64,000 nucleotides of DNA from contig JBCCLN010000001.1 of assembly GCA_039026865.1 (NCBI GenBank), positions 1,011 through 65,010 of the forward strand, in the 5' to 3' direction. The notes under the pieces were generated by a model that saw nothing but the letters and a program-made list of their open reading frames with translations, searched no databases and had not been told where the DNA came from. The position numbers and the translations under genes were made by a program. This document shows, piece after piece, positions 1-9,417 of the stretch. Numbering within the stretch: the stretch's first letter is position 1; each line of letters opens with the position of its first letter. This DNA comes from Bacteroidota bacterium. GTDB lineage: Bacteria; Bacteroidota; Bacteroidia; Cytophagales; Cyclobacteriaceae.

Positions 1-1
1 T

Positions 2-1036
2 AATGAAAATGCAGCGGCTGTCAACGTCCATTTTGATGACTTTACGGTATATCACGGGAAAACGAATGTGGTATTTACATCTGACTACTATCCTTTCGGA
101 TATGGGTTTAATGAGTATAATAGAACTGCGAGCGTACCACAGAACTTTAGATTTAACAGCTTTGAACTAGATGAAAATACAGGCTGGTATGATTACTTAG
201 CTCGACAGTACGACCCACTAATTGGACGCTTCACAAGTGTTGATCCAGCGGCTGATCTAATGAGAAGACATTCACCTTATAACTATGCGTTTGACAATCC
301 GATCCGGTTCATTGATCCTGATGGAATGATGCCTGATGAGATAATAGATGGTTCTGCAGCTGGAGGTGGTTCTACCAGTAGAACTATCACTTCTGCGGGA
401 AATACAGACTACATTGATGAAGTTACAACCAGTACAACTACAACTAGATCAGTGGTTGATTCTTCAGATCCAGACTATCAAGCTGCATTAGAGCAAAGTG
501 GCATTGATCCATCTAATTTAAGTGGTGAAGCATGGGTAACTCAAACCACCACAACCACTACAACATCTGGAACAGTTTTAGAATATGATGACAGTGGTAA
601 CTTGATTAGTGAAAACACTACTGATTTTACTTTGACAGAGTCTCAAAAAAGTGTTACATTCAAGGATACGAATGGTGGAGATGGAGGTGGAGCTATAATT
701 AATAAAGAGGCAAATGTAACTTATGATCAAAATGCTAGTCCTTCTGATGCTGTTTCAGCGAAAATAAATGATGCGGTTAGTTATAGGTCTGCTAACGGTG
801 TATCTGTTACTAACGGGCAAGACAATGCATCCGCAATAGCAAGACAGCAAAATGCGATAAATAACATAGATAAATATTCTCCTGCTGCAGGTGCATTAGT
901 TTTAAGGTACGCAAGTCTAGGAAGTCTTGCATTTAGTGCCGCAACTTATGGCGTTACAAAATCATTAGAAAGAGGATTGCAATTCTTAAAAAGCGACGGT
1001 GCTCCGTGCAATAACTGTACAAAAACATTCAAATGA
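2..1036 (+). CDS. Rhs repeat-associated core protein with variable C-terminal toxin domain (5' end lies outside the window)
   Basis: Frame is open from base 2 (NENAAAVNVHFDDFTVYHG...). It carries Rhs core motifs SDYYPFG, WYDYLARQYDPLIGRFTSVDP and PYNYAFDNPIRFIDPDGM, followed by a ~235 aa unrecognised C-terminal region. Confidence 0.9.
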   Translation, partial: NENAAAVNVHFDDFTVYHGKTNVVFTSDYYPFGYGFNEYNRTASVPQNFRFNSFELDENTGWYDYLARQYDPLIGRFTSVDPAADLMRRHSPYNYAFDNPIRFIDPDGMMPDEIIDGSAAGGGSTSRTITSAGNTDYIDEVTTSTTTTRSVVDSSDPDYQAALEQSGIDPSNLSGEAWVTQTTTTTTTSGTVLEYDDSGNLISENTTDFTLTESQKSVTFKDTNGGDGGGAIINKEANVTYDQNASPSDAVSAKINDAVSYRSANGVSVTNGQDNASAIARQQNAINNIDKYSPAAGALVLRYASLGSLAFSAATYGVTKSLERGLQFLKSDGAPCNNCTKTFK

Positions 1037-1449
1037 CACTTAAGCTGAGAAGGAACATATTGTCCTACTTATCATATGCGGTATTGATATCACTCTTTTG
1101 TAATGCTATTACCAAGATCAACTTTGAATCACTCGAGATAATAGATTTCGTAAACATTTTTGGATTAGTATTCATTTTTGCATCCTTAATATGGATTTTG
1201 ATTCATCATAATTTTATAGTCATTGACCATAAACAGATTACTATTTACAAGGATTTTTTTAGAATTACGAGAATTGCGATTGCGGATATTGATAAAGTCG
1301 AAGAATCAGTAGGCATTGTTTCAAATACCAACTTTCATTTAAAGAATGGTAAAAAGGAAAAGTTTACCAACTCAAATTTGAAAAGCAAAGATTTGGTTGC
1401 AATGGCTGATTTTTTATCAAAAATGAAAGTAATCAATGTTGAAAGTTAA
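1033..1449 (+). CDS. Putative immunity protein (two N-terminal TM helices plus small soluble PH-like domain)
   Basis: Overlaps the Rhs stop by 4 nt (ATGA); two hydrophobic stretches. Position is typical of cognate immunity genes. Confidence 0.65.
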   Translation: MTLKLRRNILSYLSYAVLISLFCNAITKINFESLEIIDFVNIFGLVFIFASLIWILIHHNFIVIDHKQITIYKDFFRITRIAIADIDKVEESVGIVSNTNFHLKNGKKEKFTNSNLKSKDLVAMADFLSKMKVINVES

Positions 1450-1936
1450 GATTATCTGTTTAATCTTTTTAACCCCAATCTTAGGGGTTTGTCAAAAGTC
1501 TTTCAATAGTCCTGACTATTCATTTAAAAGCCCATCAGACTTCACTTTCAGCAGAGATAATTTTATAGATGGGTTTGTGGATATATTGACCGTGATTGAC
1601 GATGATTCGACTGAAAATGTCAAGTACCTAATTTATTTGCATAAAATAAATATTGGATCAAAAATAGATGCCAGTTACTTAGTTGAGAATCCAACTCAAT
1701 ATACATCTGATCTTAATTGTACTGTTTTGACGAGCAAAGGAGTGTCCTATAATGGATATGATGGATTAGAACTCGAAGTAAAATTTGATAATTCCGATGA
1801 AGTTGTTGGGTATGTTTTTATGACTGCATACAACTCTACTCTTCGAAGAATAATATTTATGGTTCCTAATGAAGAATACTACGAGAAATACTTTTCAGAT
1901 ATTCAAAGCACCTTAAATAATCTGGAATTGAAATAG
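1436..1936 (+). CDS. Exported hypothetical protein (signal peptide), possible second immunity or accessory protein
   Basis: N-terminal hydrophobic signal-like segment; overlaps the previous gene. Confidence 0.55.
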   Translation: MLKVKIICLIFLTPILGVCQKSFNSPDYSFKSPSDFTFSRDNFIDGFVDILTVIDDDSTENVKYLIYLHKINIGSKIDASYLVENPTQYTSDLNCTVLTSKGVSYNGYDGLELEVKFDNSDEVVGYVFMTAYNSTLRRIIFMVPNEEYYEKYFSDIQSTLNNLELK

Positions 1937-1950
1937 ATATTACTAAGACT

Positions 1951-1984
1951 AAAACCCCAATCGGTTCATCTGATTGGGGTTTTA
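1951..1984. terminator. Intrinsic terminator, potentially bidirectional
   Basis: AAAACCCCAATC-ggttcatct-GATTGGGGTTTT(T): 12-bp stem with A/T runs on both sides, 15 nt after the stop at 1936. Confidence 0.85.
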
Positions 1985-2165
1985 TTATCCTCAATATCTA
2001 CCGCTTGTGTAAATCCTATTTCTCCATTTTTCTACTCTTTCCCCCCTTCCTTCTTTCCCTTCCAGTGGTCTAGCCCCCTATTAATCGGACTTTATAAAAT
2101 TGGATATTACTAAACTACCATTTTTGATTGAATTTTATAATCGCAAAGGACGACTAATGGTGATC

Positions 2166-2583
2166 TGTAATAGCCACTATTTAATCTGACAACAGGATTA
2201 ACGGACACTTAGAAAAGTACAATTTCCAGAATCTTGTACGATAAGACTGTCAGTTCATCCAACTCAACCTCAATAGCTAAATTAATCTTACGATCCTTCA
2301 CACCCAAATCATCCTAAAAAATCTCCACCCTATGGGTAGTATTTTTCAGGTTCCCAATTTGTGTGCTTGAATCTTTAGATTAAAAGAGCATTGTTGTTAG
2401 TTTCCCGCGAAAAAAATCGTGCTATTTTTTCGGGCAGCATTTTCACTTTGGCTAAATGCTTGTTGTCTAAGAATGTCCTCATAGGGGTTTTTCCAAAACA
2501 GTATTTTCCTTGATGCGTTCGATTGAGGTTGTATTCATCAATCCACTTATCAAGGTCTTTTTGTAGCTCCTCAAGGCTGTTCT
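2166..2583 (-). mobile_element. IS481-family remnant (transposase C-terminus and probable right end)
   Basis: Minus-strand peptide SLEELQKDLDKWIDEYNLNRTHQGKYCFGKTPMRTFLD matches IS481 transposase C-termini. The minus strand ends in TGTCAGATTAAATAGTGGCTATTACA (2191-2166), resembling IS481 ...TACA ends as I recall them. Confidence 0.7.
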
Positions 2584-3029
2584 TAAATGGTGAAGATGTT
2601 GTTGCAGGAGCAGTTGTAGATATCACAGTTGCAACAGGTGGAGCAGGAGGTGTTCTAATTGCTGCGGCTGCGGCTGGTGGGGCTCTTGGATCGGCAGCTG
2701 GTGATGTCACTGGCCAAGTAACCGAAAACCTCATAGATGGTCAAAGTGTTGGAGATGCTGTTACTAATGTTAGTTTTGAAAATACTGGAAAAAAAGCTTG
2801 GTCAGCAATGTCTAAAAATATTACAACTACTGCAACTACACTTAATAAAATGGGAGCAAGTGCTTCTACAACCCAGGGCGCAGTAGATAATATTACAAAA
2901 GGAATGGGTGAAGTGGGTAAAAATACCGTCAATAATGTTGCGAAAGCCTCGGCAGCAGCTACGGTAGTAACAGAAGGGGCTGTTAAAACCACTGAAATAG
3001 TTCAATCAGAACTAGATAAGCAACAATGA
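2584..3029 (+). pseudogene. Orphan, 5'-truncated Rhs-type toxin C-terminal module (Gly/Ala-rich, hydrophobic)
   Basis: The ORF-track start at 2523 lies inside IS481 sequence. From ~2584 the frame reads GEDVVAGAVVDITVATGGAGGVLIAAAAAGGALGSAAGD, typical of polymorphic toxin tips. It overlaps the next gene (ATGA). Confidence 0.65.
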
Positions 3030-3490
3030 GAAGAGTAATAAGAGTTGGTTTAATATTAAACTATCTTTTTTGGGGTGGGATGTTTGCCTATGCTTTTGCT
3101 CTTTTTGTAGCTTATAACGGTATTTTTGAGGTTTTTGAGTTTAACTGTAAGTATGCTGATGAGTTTAGTGTCTCTTTAAAAGAGAATAAGAAGAGCTATT
3201 ATGTTAGATATTCTTACATTGATAACTCAAAGATTTTTTCAAACAAAGAAGGTATCTCCAAGGACATTTATGATCAGCAAATTGGAGATGTTGAGAATCT
3301 TGAAATTTGCTACAATAGAACTTTTCCTACTCTCAGCTATCTCAAAGGAAAGAATCTGGCACTCAGAAGAAGTAAAGTTGGAATGGTAGTTTCATCTATA
3401 TTTTTGACCCTATTTGTCTTGATTGATTTGTTCTCCGATAAAGAAAAGTGGGCGAACAGGTACGAAAAGGTTTTTGGAATACAGAAATGA
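3026..3490 (+). CDS. Putative immunity protein (TM - soluble domain - TM, DUF3592-like architecture)
   Basis: Two terminal hydrophobic helices; coupled to the orphan toxin stop. Confidence 0.6.
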   Translation: MRRVIRVGLILNYLFWGGMFAYAFALFVAYNGIFEVFEFNCKYADEFSVSLKENKKSYYVRYSYIDNSKIFSNKEGISKDIYDQQIGDVENLEICYNRTFPTLSYLKGKNLALRRSKVGMVVSSIFLTLFVLIDLFSDKEKWANRYEKVFGIQK

Positions 3491-3521
3491 TCAAGACCCT
3501 GCTACAGCAAATGTACGGTGC

Positions 3522-3630
3522 TATTCCAATACTTCTTATGGTCTCAAGTTTATCGATTTCCTTAAATACGCTTTCCAAACCAATTCTTCCGGGATCTGCT
3601 TTCAGCTCATGCAAAGTAACCGCTTTATTG
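3522..3630 (-). pseudogene. Tn3-family transposase fragment
   Basis: Peptide TLHELKADPGRIGLESVFKEIDKLETIRSIGI matches the LKADPG..GLES...EI.KL..IR.IG segment of Tn3 TnpA. It has an in-frame stop upstream and is truncated downstream. Confidence 0.65.
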
Positions 3631-3938
3631 AATCAATCTCTTAAGTAGTGTCTGTAAGAAAAGGATGAAAAGTGATTTTTTCACCTTAAGAGGCCCGAAT
3701 TTATGCTGTTGTTGGACCTGAATCTAAATCAAGAAAACATACCGTCCCCAAAAGTGTGTCCCCAAAAATATGGAAATAAGGTTTCCCACAGGATAACTTC
3801 ATGATTAATGACAACAGGGTCAATCGCCGTAAGTGAACGACTAGTTGGGAGATTCCGAGAAAGACCACCGACTATGCAGGAAACTTTATCTATGAAATGA
3901 AACAAAAGTTTAGCAGAACGGAGTTCATTAATTAACAT

Positions 3939-4076
3939 ATGAAAAATTGGCTAAGTGATTTTGTAAGTCTGTTTATTGGGGTACCAAAAGACAAAGAAGC
4001 TCATAATTGGATAACAATTCTTTCTACTCTTATTTTTGTAGCTCTCATCTGCACCGTTTTTTCCATGGTATTTTAA
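3939..4076 (+). CDS. Possible small membrane protein (45 aa)
   Basis: ATG at 3939 to TAA at 4076: MKNWLSDFVSLFIGVPKDKEAHNWITILSTLIFVALICTVFSMVF. Below the ORF-track cutoff; C-terminal TM helix. Confidence 0.3.
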   Translation: MKNWLSDFVSLFIGVPKDKEAHNWITILSTLIFVALICTVFSMVF

Positions 4077-4171
4077 TTTATACATATAGGTTTACTAAAA
4101 AAATTAGTAATTTTTCGCTTCACTTCAAATGTCATTTTCAAAAATGACAAGGGGCAATAATAAAAATTTAG

Positions 4172-4486
4172 ATGAAATTTTACGCTCTATATGAAAAAGT
4201 AGGACAAAATGGATACTACATCACTTTTGATCCTGTACAAAACAAATATAAGCGATGTAAAAGTAAAGACGATCTAAAGATTTGGGATGTGCTGGATGAA
4301 GAAATGATCCCCTATATCGTTGAAGAAACAGATTTCAGAATGATGCATGCCTTTGAAAAGGTTGAAGAGTTAAAGGTTTTCAAATCAAAATATGAATTCA
4401 AACTTCTTGACGATATAACCTTGGAGCAATTGGAAAAGAATTGGAAAAGCGCTCAGAAACTTGATCCCAAAATACAAATTAAATAA
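4172..4486 (+). CDS. Hypothetical protein
   Basis: Clean 104 aa ORF with no recognised motif. A perfect dyad TGTCATTTT-CA-AAAATGACA lies upstream at 4130-4149. Confidence 0.6.
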   Translation: MKFYALYEKVGQNGYYITFDPVQNKYKRCKSKDDLKIWDVLDEEMIPYIVEETDFRMMHAFEKVEELKVFKSKYEFKLLDDITLEQLEKNWKSAQKLDPKIQIK

Positions 4487-4559
4487 TGGCTATTACAAAT
4501 TTATCTGCCTTAATATCCAGGGGTTGGGTCATAAGCCAACTCATCTTTTTTCGATTGAT

Positions 4560-4662
4560 TTCACTACTTTTAATCATAGGTTCTACTTTTTTGGTTTTAA
4601 TTTCCGCATGTTAATGAATTAGTAGAACCCTCTTAAATTCCAACTAAGTTTGATACGATATC
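4560..4662 (-). repeat. Repeat A: inverted copy of repeat B
   Basis: 4633-4662 is the exact reverse complement of 10115-10144 (30 bp). 4584-4599 matches 10165-10180 (16 bp) and 4560-4571 matches 10209-10220 (12 bp). Confidence 0.95.
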
Positions 4663-5047
4663 AAGCGTTTCGTATCGCTGCTTTTTTTGTGTTAAAAGTG
4701 TTTTTAGATAAGGCACATTTATATACGAAACTTTTAGATCGTTCATTACTGCCCACTCAACTATCAGCGCATTTTGTTTATAGACACCGCCTTCAAGCTG
4801 CCATGTTTGATAAATTTAAATAAGATAAAATCTTATTTTTGTCCGTTTGCTCATGGCTTGAAATCTAGTTGTTTGCGTTGTTACCCATTCTGTTTTTTTA
4901 AAATTATGAAATTGCGTTTTGTGGCTTCATAATTCCGAATTTTTAATGGTAGTAATTAAGTAATTCGCTCGTGATTCAGGTACACCATTAAGCGGCGTAC
5001 TAATATTTAAGTATCTAATCTCGACCTGCAAGCCATTTATTCAGGCA

Positions 5048-6415
5048 TTACTTAATATGCCTGTAGGCTTCTCGTTTTTCAAGCATTTCAAGGCGTTTGA
5101 AATGTTCCTCCAGCACCCAGTAGATTTCACCTGTTTCATAATCAACGTATTTAACGTAACATTGACCCTGTTGAGAAAGCTTGTAAAGATATTGCTCTAT
5201 TGTTTCTTTTTTATGATATGCTGCTAGTAGCATATCTTCATCTGGAATCGCTATGGCTGTAACAGCTACCCCTGACTTCATTTGCTTCCCGAATAATTGC
5301 TGATTGTCTCGTTTTTTGATACATTGTTCTGCTTTCAATATTTCTATTTGGTCAGCCCAATAAGCCTGGAATAATGCCTTGATTAAAAACCCTGGAAAAT
5401 TTCCTATTCGCTTTCTCTTTTGAATTTCATTTTGTTCTAGCCGTTTCTTGTATTCAAGCTTTGCAATAGCAATAGTATGTAGTACATAGAAGGGGCTCCA
5501 CAGGTATTTTTTACCATCTTTCTCCAATGTTTGGTTTACGTGTATTAGCTTACGAATATGATAGATCGTATCTATATCTACCCCATTTTTAGCAAGCTCT
5601 ATTTCATATTCAAACCTAAGATTCAATCGGTTTCTTTCCCGATTCATTTTATCTGAATCAAACAGTAATTCGATTTCTTTGACCACCGCTCCTTTCTTAA
5701 TTCGTTTGTGTTTGAATTGACACCAAGTGCCTTTTAGTTCCGACTCTATTTTTCCTAATAACACGAAAAAACATTTATTCGACATAGTTACACAACCAAT
5801 GGCCATCTTCAGTGCTTTAAGTTCATATTTAATTGTTCCTCTTGCCCATTGATGCCGACGAATCACCCAATACATCATATCTGTATGGTGGACTCTAAAA
5901 TTTGTTAGAAGACGCTCATCGCCTTTTGCGAAGGAAACCATGGAAGCATATTCCTTAAGCCGAAGTATGTGAAGATATAACTTGAATGCCCGAGTAAGTC
6001 GAATTTCAAAGCAACTTGAACTATAAGAAACAGCTTCGAAGGGGCTTATCCTAGTATTACTGGCATCAATCTTCACTTTAAGAACGAAAGCTGCGAATTT
6101 TTGGCTTACTTTGAAACTTTTCTCTTGAAAGTCCATTACAAGTGTTTTTTCCAACTCCCCACCTCGTTTTTTAGCATTTTTTCTGCCTTTATAGATCTCT
6201 TCAAAGTAGACGAGGTAGGTATGTGTTTCCGTGTCTTTCAAATGATCTTTACCTAATATTTTATAAAATACTTTTCTGGCTGCGTAGCGATCAACGCGCT
6301 GTAGAATTTGGTCAATAAGTTCATAAGGACACCTAATTACATCATCTAAGACTGGATATAATCGTTTTACAGTGTTTTCAACTGAATCTTGGAGCTGAAT
6401 CGATTGGGAATTCAT
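5048..6415 (-). CDS. Plasmid replication initiator, Rep_3/RepB-like
   Basis: Winged-helix-type segments (FEIRLTRAFKLYL; HTDMMYWVIRRHQWARGTIKYELKALKMAIG; KHKRIKKGAVVKEIELLF, cf. the Rep_3 GRKV..I.F motif), adjacent to an iteron array. Confidence 0.75.
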   Translation of the reverse strand: MNSQSIQLQDSVENTVKRLYPVLDDVIRCPYELIDQILQRVDRYAARKVFYKILGKDHLKDTETHTYLVYFEEIYKGRKNAKKRGGELEKTLVMDFQEKSFKVSQKFAAFVLKVKIDASNTRISPFEAVSYSSSCFEIRLTRAFKLYLHILRLKEYASMVSFAKGDERLLTNFRVHHTDMMYWVIRRHQWARGTIKYELKALKMAIGCVTMSNKCFFVLLGKIESELKGTWCQFKHKRIKKGAVVKEIELLFDSDKMNRERNRLNLRFEYEIELAKNGVDIDTIYHIRKLIHVNQTLEKDGKKYLWSPFYVLHTIAIAKLEYKKRLEQNEIQKRKRIGNFPGFLIKALFQAYWADQIEILKAEQCIKKRDNQQLFGKQMKSGVAVTAIAIPDEDMLLAAYHKKETIEQYLYKLSQQGQCYVKYVDYETGEIYWVLEEHFKRLEMLEKREAYRHIK

Positions 6416-6833
6416 TGGCTACAATAATGAAATTAATTAATAATTTAGATTAGTCTAAAAATAGTAATAGGAGAATTTAGATTCATCTAAATTATACATA
6501 AAACATTGATAATAAGATTTATAATATGTTTTTGTTAAACAATTACTTGAAGTCAAGAAGATTTATATTTTATTTTTTCTCACCCTTTTTTCAAAACTTG
6601 TTTTGTTCTATAACTAATATTTTTAGCAAAAAATATCCTATCCAAAATAGGAAAGTAATTTACTTTAATTTTCTTAATTTTTTCTAAGAAGTAAAATTTT
6701 GATATTATTTTTAGCAAATCCTTATTTTCCAGAAGTTTTTTGGTTAGAACATATTACTTAAACACATTCATTTAATGAACATATTAATGATTCTATAATC
6801 ACCTAAAAATCAAGAATATATGGGATTAAACAG

Positions 6834-6975
6834 CACTACTTTGTGGAATAAAATGGTCTTGCATTGCACTACTTTGTGGAAATAGAAGCCTTATATTGCA
6901 CCACTTTGTGGATAAATTTATTTTTAACGTCACCACTTTGTGGATGAGTTTATCCACATGTCACCACTTTGTGGA
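6834..6975. repeat. Iteron array with DnaA boxes (putative oriV)
   Basis: Five copies of CACYACTTTGTGGA at 6834, 6867, 6899, 6931 and 6962 (spacing 33, 32, 32, 31). Perfect DnaA boxes TGTGGATAA 6907-6915 and TTATCCACA 6950-6958. Very AT-rich stretch 6420-6830. Confidence 0.85.
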
Positions 6976-7287
6976 ACTCAAAGCTTTAACCCATTTCCGC
7001 TTCTACAGCACAGGGAACTTATGCCAAATATTATTCTGAATCTAAGCAGGTGTTGAAATCGTGAAAGAACGCTTAAAACTGTGACAAGGTGACAGCCTAT
7101 GAAATGTTACACCAAATATTATTTTGTGCTTTTAGTGAGCGCCGCACAAAACACAAAGACCTTAACCCGTAAATCACCAACAAATAGCAGCTGGTTTGAT
7201 TCAAGTAATTGATTTACTGTAGTTGAATATAGTTAAATCGTGATTTGTATCAAAAAAAGGGTGTTTAGCTATTTTTAATTTTCTAAA

Positions 7288-8589
7288 TTGTATCAAAAAA
7301 AGGGTGTGATTGAGTTAGAATACGCACACAACCGAGATAAGGAGCTGATACATATTTCTGAGGTTTCGACAGGGGATCGAGGCCTGCAATGCCCCTTTTG
7401 TTTCGGTGAGATCTTAGCTAAGAAAGGCTTAGTGAAGGAGCATCATTTTGCGCATGTGAAAGACAGCTGTTTAGCCTTAGCCAAACCGTATGAACCTAAA
7501 GAGTGGCCGATTCATTTATCATTATTACAATATCATCAATGGTATTATCAGCGAATTGAAAACGATTACAACGAATTAAAAGATCAGGTCAGTAGGCTGC
7601 GGGAATGGAATAACCTAGCAAATAAGGAAATAGAACAGACCGTAGCAACTCTAAAATTGATGTCGGCTCCATTGAATGGAAAACTTCCTAAGAATAGAGA
7701 ACTGAACCGAAAGGCACTTGATGCATTACTTAACTATAAGGGGAATTTCATAGAACTTTTGGATGCCTTTTCAAGGGTGCGTTTCTCTAAAATTAAGCGT
7801 TATAGCTTGATCCAACATCCTTCATATATGCAGTATGAAAAACGAAACTCCGAAAAGATTTATCCTCGAAGCGTTTGGGAATATTATGACGTAAAGCAAA
7901 TCAATCATATTTCTGGTCCTTATATATTTCCTGAGTCTTTCGAAGAGTGCTTGTATTATCTCTATCATTACTCAAAGAATCAATTGGAGTTGAAAGAAAA
8001 AGAAAGAAGCTTGGCCACATTAAAAGATTTGCGGGATCAAAAAAGCTTACTTGATGAGTTTCACTTATACTATATAAAGATATCAAGACAAGGTGCTGCA
8101 CCTATTTATAAGATTGGGATTACGGCCAGGGATATGGGAAAACGGTTATCAGAAATCCAATCTGACCTTAAAGAAATGAGCACCCTAAATTTTGAAGTTT
8201 TGTTTGTGTTAAAAGGGCTTGGACATTTAGAGACCTTTTTTAAACACAAGTACCAGGAATGGCAATTTGATTATAAGCATTTCACTGAATATTTTGAGTT
8301 GGCTACCGCTCAACATGAGCTTGTTATTGAAGAGTTGGAGCAATTGAAGTATCATATTTCAGAGCGCCGTGAAAAAATCAAAAAAGGAATGGCACGCGCA
8401 AAGGCTAACGGTGTTCATGTCGGTAGGCCGAAAGGATCAGAAAAAATGCAACGCTTTATGGCCAAGCCAAAAAACCAGGAGATTGCTACATTATTGAAAT
8501 CGGGATTAAAGCTCAGGGAAGTAGAAAGAAAAACTGGATGTTCAATAAACACGGTGCGAAAAGTGGAGCAAGCATTATCGGTCAATTAA
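7288..8589 (+). CDS. Fusion protein: CoiA-like Zn-finger N-terminus, GIY-YIG (T5orf172-like) domain, resolvase-type C-terminal HTH
   Basis: LQCPFCFGEILAKKGLVKEHHFAH; YYIKI...IYKIGIT...KRL...LETFFKH...TEYF; EKIKKGMARAKANGVHVGRP...GCSINTVRK. TTG start. Confidence 0.7.
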   Translation: MYQKKGVIELEYAHNRDKELIHISEVSTGDRGLQCPFCFGEILAKKGLVKEHHFAHVKDSCLALAKPYEPKEWPIHLSLLQYHQWYYQRIENDYNELKDQVSRLREWNNLANKEIEQTVATLKLMSAPLNGKLPKNRELNRKALDALLNYKGNFIELLDAFSRVRFSKIKRYSLIQHPSYMQYEKRNSEKIYPRSVWEYYDVKQINHISGPYIFPESFEECLYYLYHYSKNQLELKEKERSLATLKDLRDQKSLLDEFHLYYIKISRQGAAPIYKIGITARDMGKRLSEIQSDLKEMSTLNFEVLFVLKGLGHLETFFKHKYQEWQFDYKHFTEYFELATAQHELVIEELEQLKYHISERREKIKKGMARAKANGVHVGRPKGSEKMQRFMAKPKNQEIATLLKSGLKLREVERKTGCSINTVRKVEQALSVN

Positions 8590-8680
8590 AGATTGAAGCA
8601 TTAGCGCTCAAGGGAATAGCGAGTAATTATTTCGTTTTTTAAATTTCATTTAATTTGGTTTTTAACCATTAATCGAAAAT

Positions 8681-9250
8681 ATGAAATTTGGTTTTGCGAG
8701 AATAAGTAAACGTGATCAAAACCTTGATCGGCAGATAGATTTACTGATTGCTAAAGGAGTTAAGAGAGAGAACATAATTGTTGAAAAGTTGTCTGGCAGA
8801 AAGGAACAAGTTAAGCTTGATAAACTAGTGCAGGACAAAATGCGTGAAGGTGATACCCTGGTAGTAGAAAGTGTTGGCCGTCTCGGACTGACTATCAAAG
8901 AACTAATAAATCTTCTGGACTACTTGAAAGTAAAAGATATTGCCTTTATAAGTTTGAAAGAAAGAATAGATACATCTACTGCTATGGGTCAAGCTTTAAT
9001 GCAAAATGTTGCTATCCTAAAACAGATGGAAGTTGAGATTCTTCGAGAGCGGACAATGGAAAGGCCAAAATCAGCAAGGGCCAGGGGAAGAAAGGGCGGA
9101 CGGCCAAAAGGAACTTACAATAAAATTAAAGCCAATGCAGCTGCTCGTCAATACACACAAGGTGTTCCAGTTGGTCAGATTATAAAAGACCTGGAGATAA
9201 GTACATCTACTCTATATAATTATCTGAGACGTGAAGGTGTAAAAAAATAA
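8681..9250 (+). CDS. Small serine recombinase (resolvase/invertase family)
   Basis: GFARISKRDQNLDRQ (catalytic Ser retained), GDTLVVESVGRLG, ARARGRKGGRP, C-terminal HTH (ISTSTLYNYL). Confidence 0.92.
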   Translation: MKFGFARISKRDQNLDRQIDLLIAKGVKRENIIVEKLSGRKEQVKLDKLVQDKMREGDTLVVESVGRLGLTIKELINLLDYLKVKDIAFISLKERIDTSTAMGQALMQNVAILKQMEVEILRERTMERPKSARARGRKGGRPKGTYNKIKANAAARQYTQGVPVGQIIKDLEISTSTLYNYLRREGVKK

Positions 9251-9293
9251 TTTCGATAAATGGGTTTTGATTAATCGAAATTTTGTATATTTG
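9251..9293 (+). promoter_or_regulatory. Imperfect palindrome overlapping a Bacteroidota-type -33/-7 promoter candidate
   Basis: TTTCGATAA...TTAATCGAAA at 9251-9280; TTTG at 9266-9269 and TATATTTG (TAnnTTTG) at 9286-9293. TTAATCGAAA also occurs at 8669-8678, just before the recombinase start. Confidence 0.45.
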
Positions 9294-9417
9294 AATATGA
9301 TAGGGAAGTAGTTAATGGTTTCCGACCTAGTATTGCTAGTCATTATCGAGCGGTAAAAATTACACCGGTTAACGAAATATTACCACTGCACAACGTATAA
9401 ACAGACGAAGAATAGAA

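Noticed and set aside
2375-2734. 119 aa minus-strand ORF as a gene
   Set aside because: It is a chimera: the antisense of the Gly/Ala-rich toxin tip read into the IS481 transposase C-terminus.
4611-4648. Repeats A/B/C as Tn3 38-bp terminal inverted repeats
   Set aside because: They share an inner TAAG but lack the terminal GGGG, I saw no target duplication, and no intact TnpA is present.
6834-6975. Repeat-spacer array as a mini CRISPR
   Set aside because: Repeats of 14 bp and spacers of 17-19 bp are too short, there are no cas genes, and the position next to a Rep gene with DnaA boxes fits iterons.
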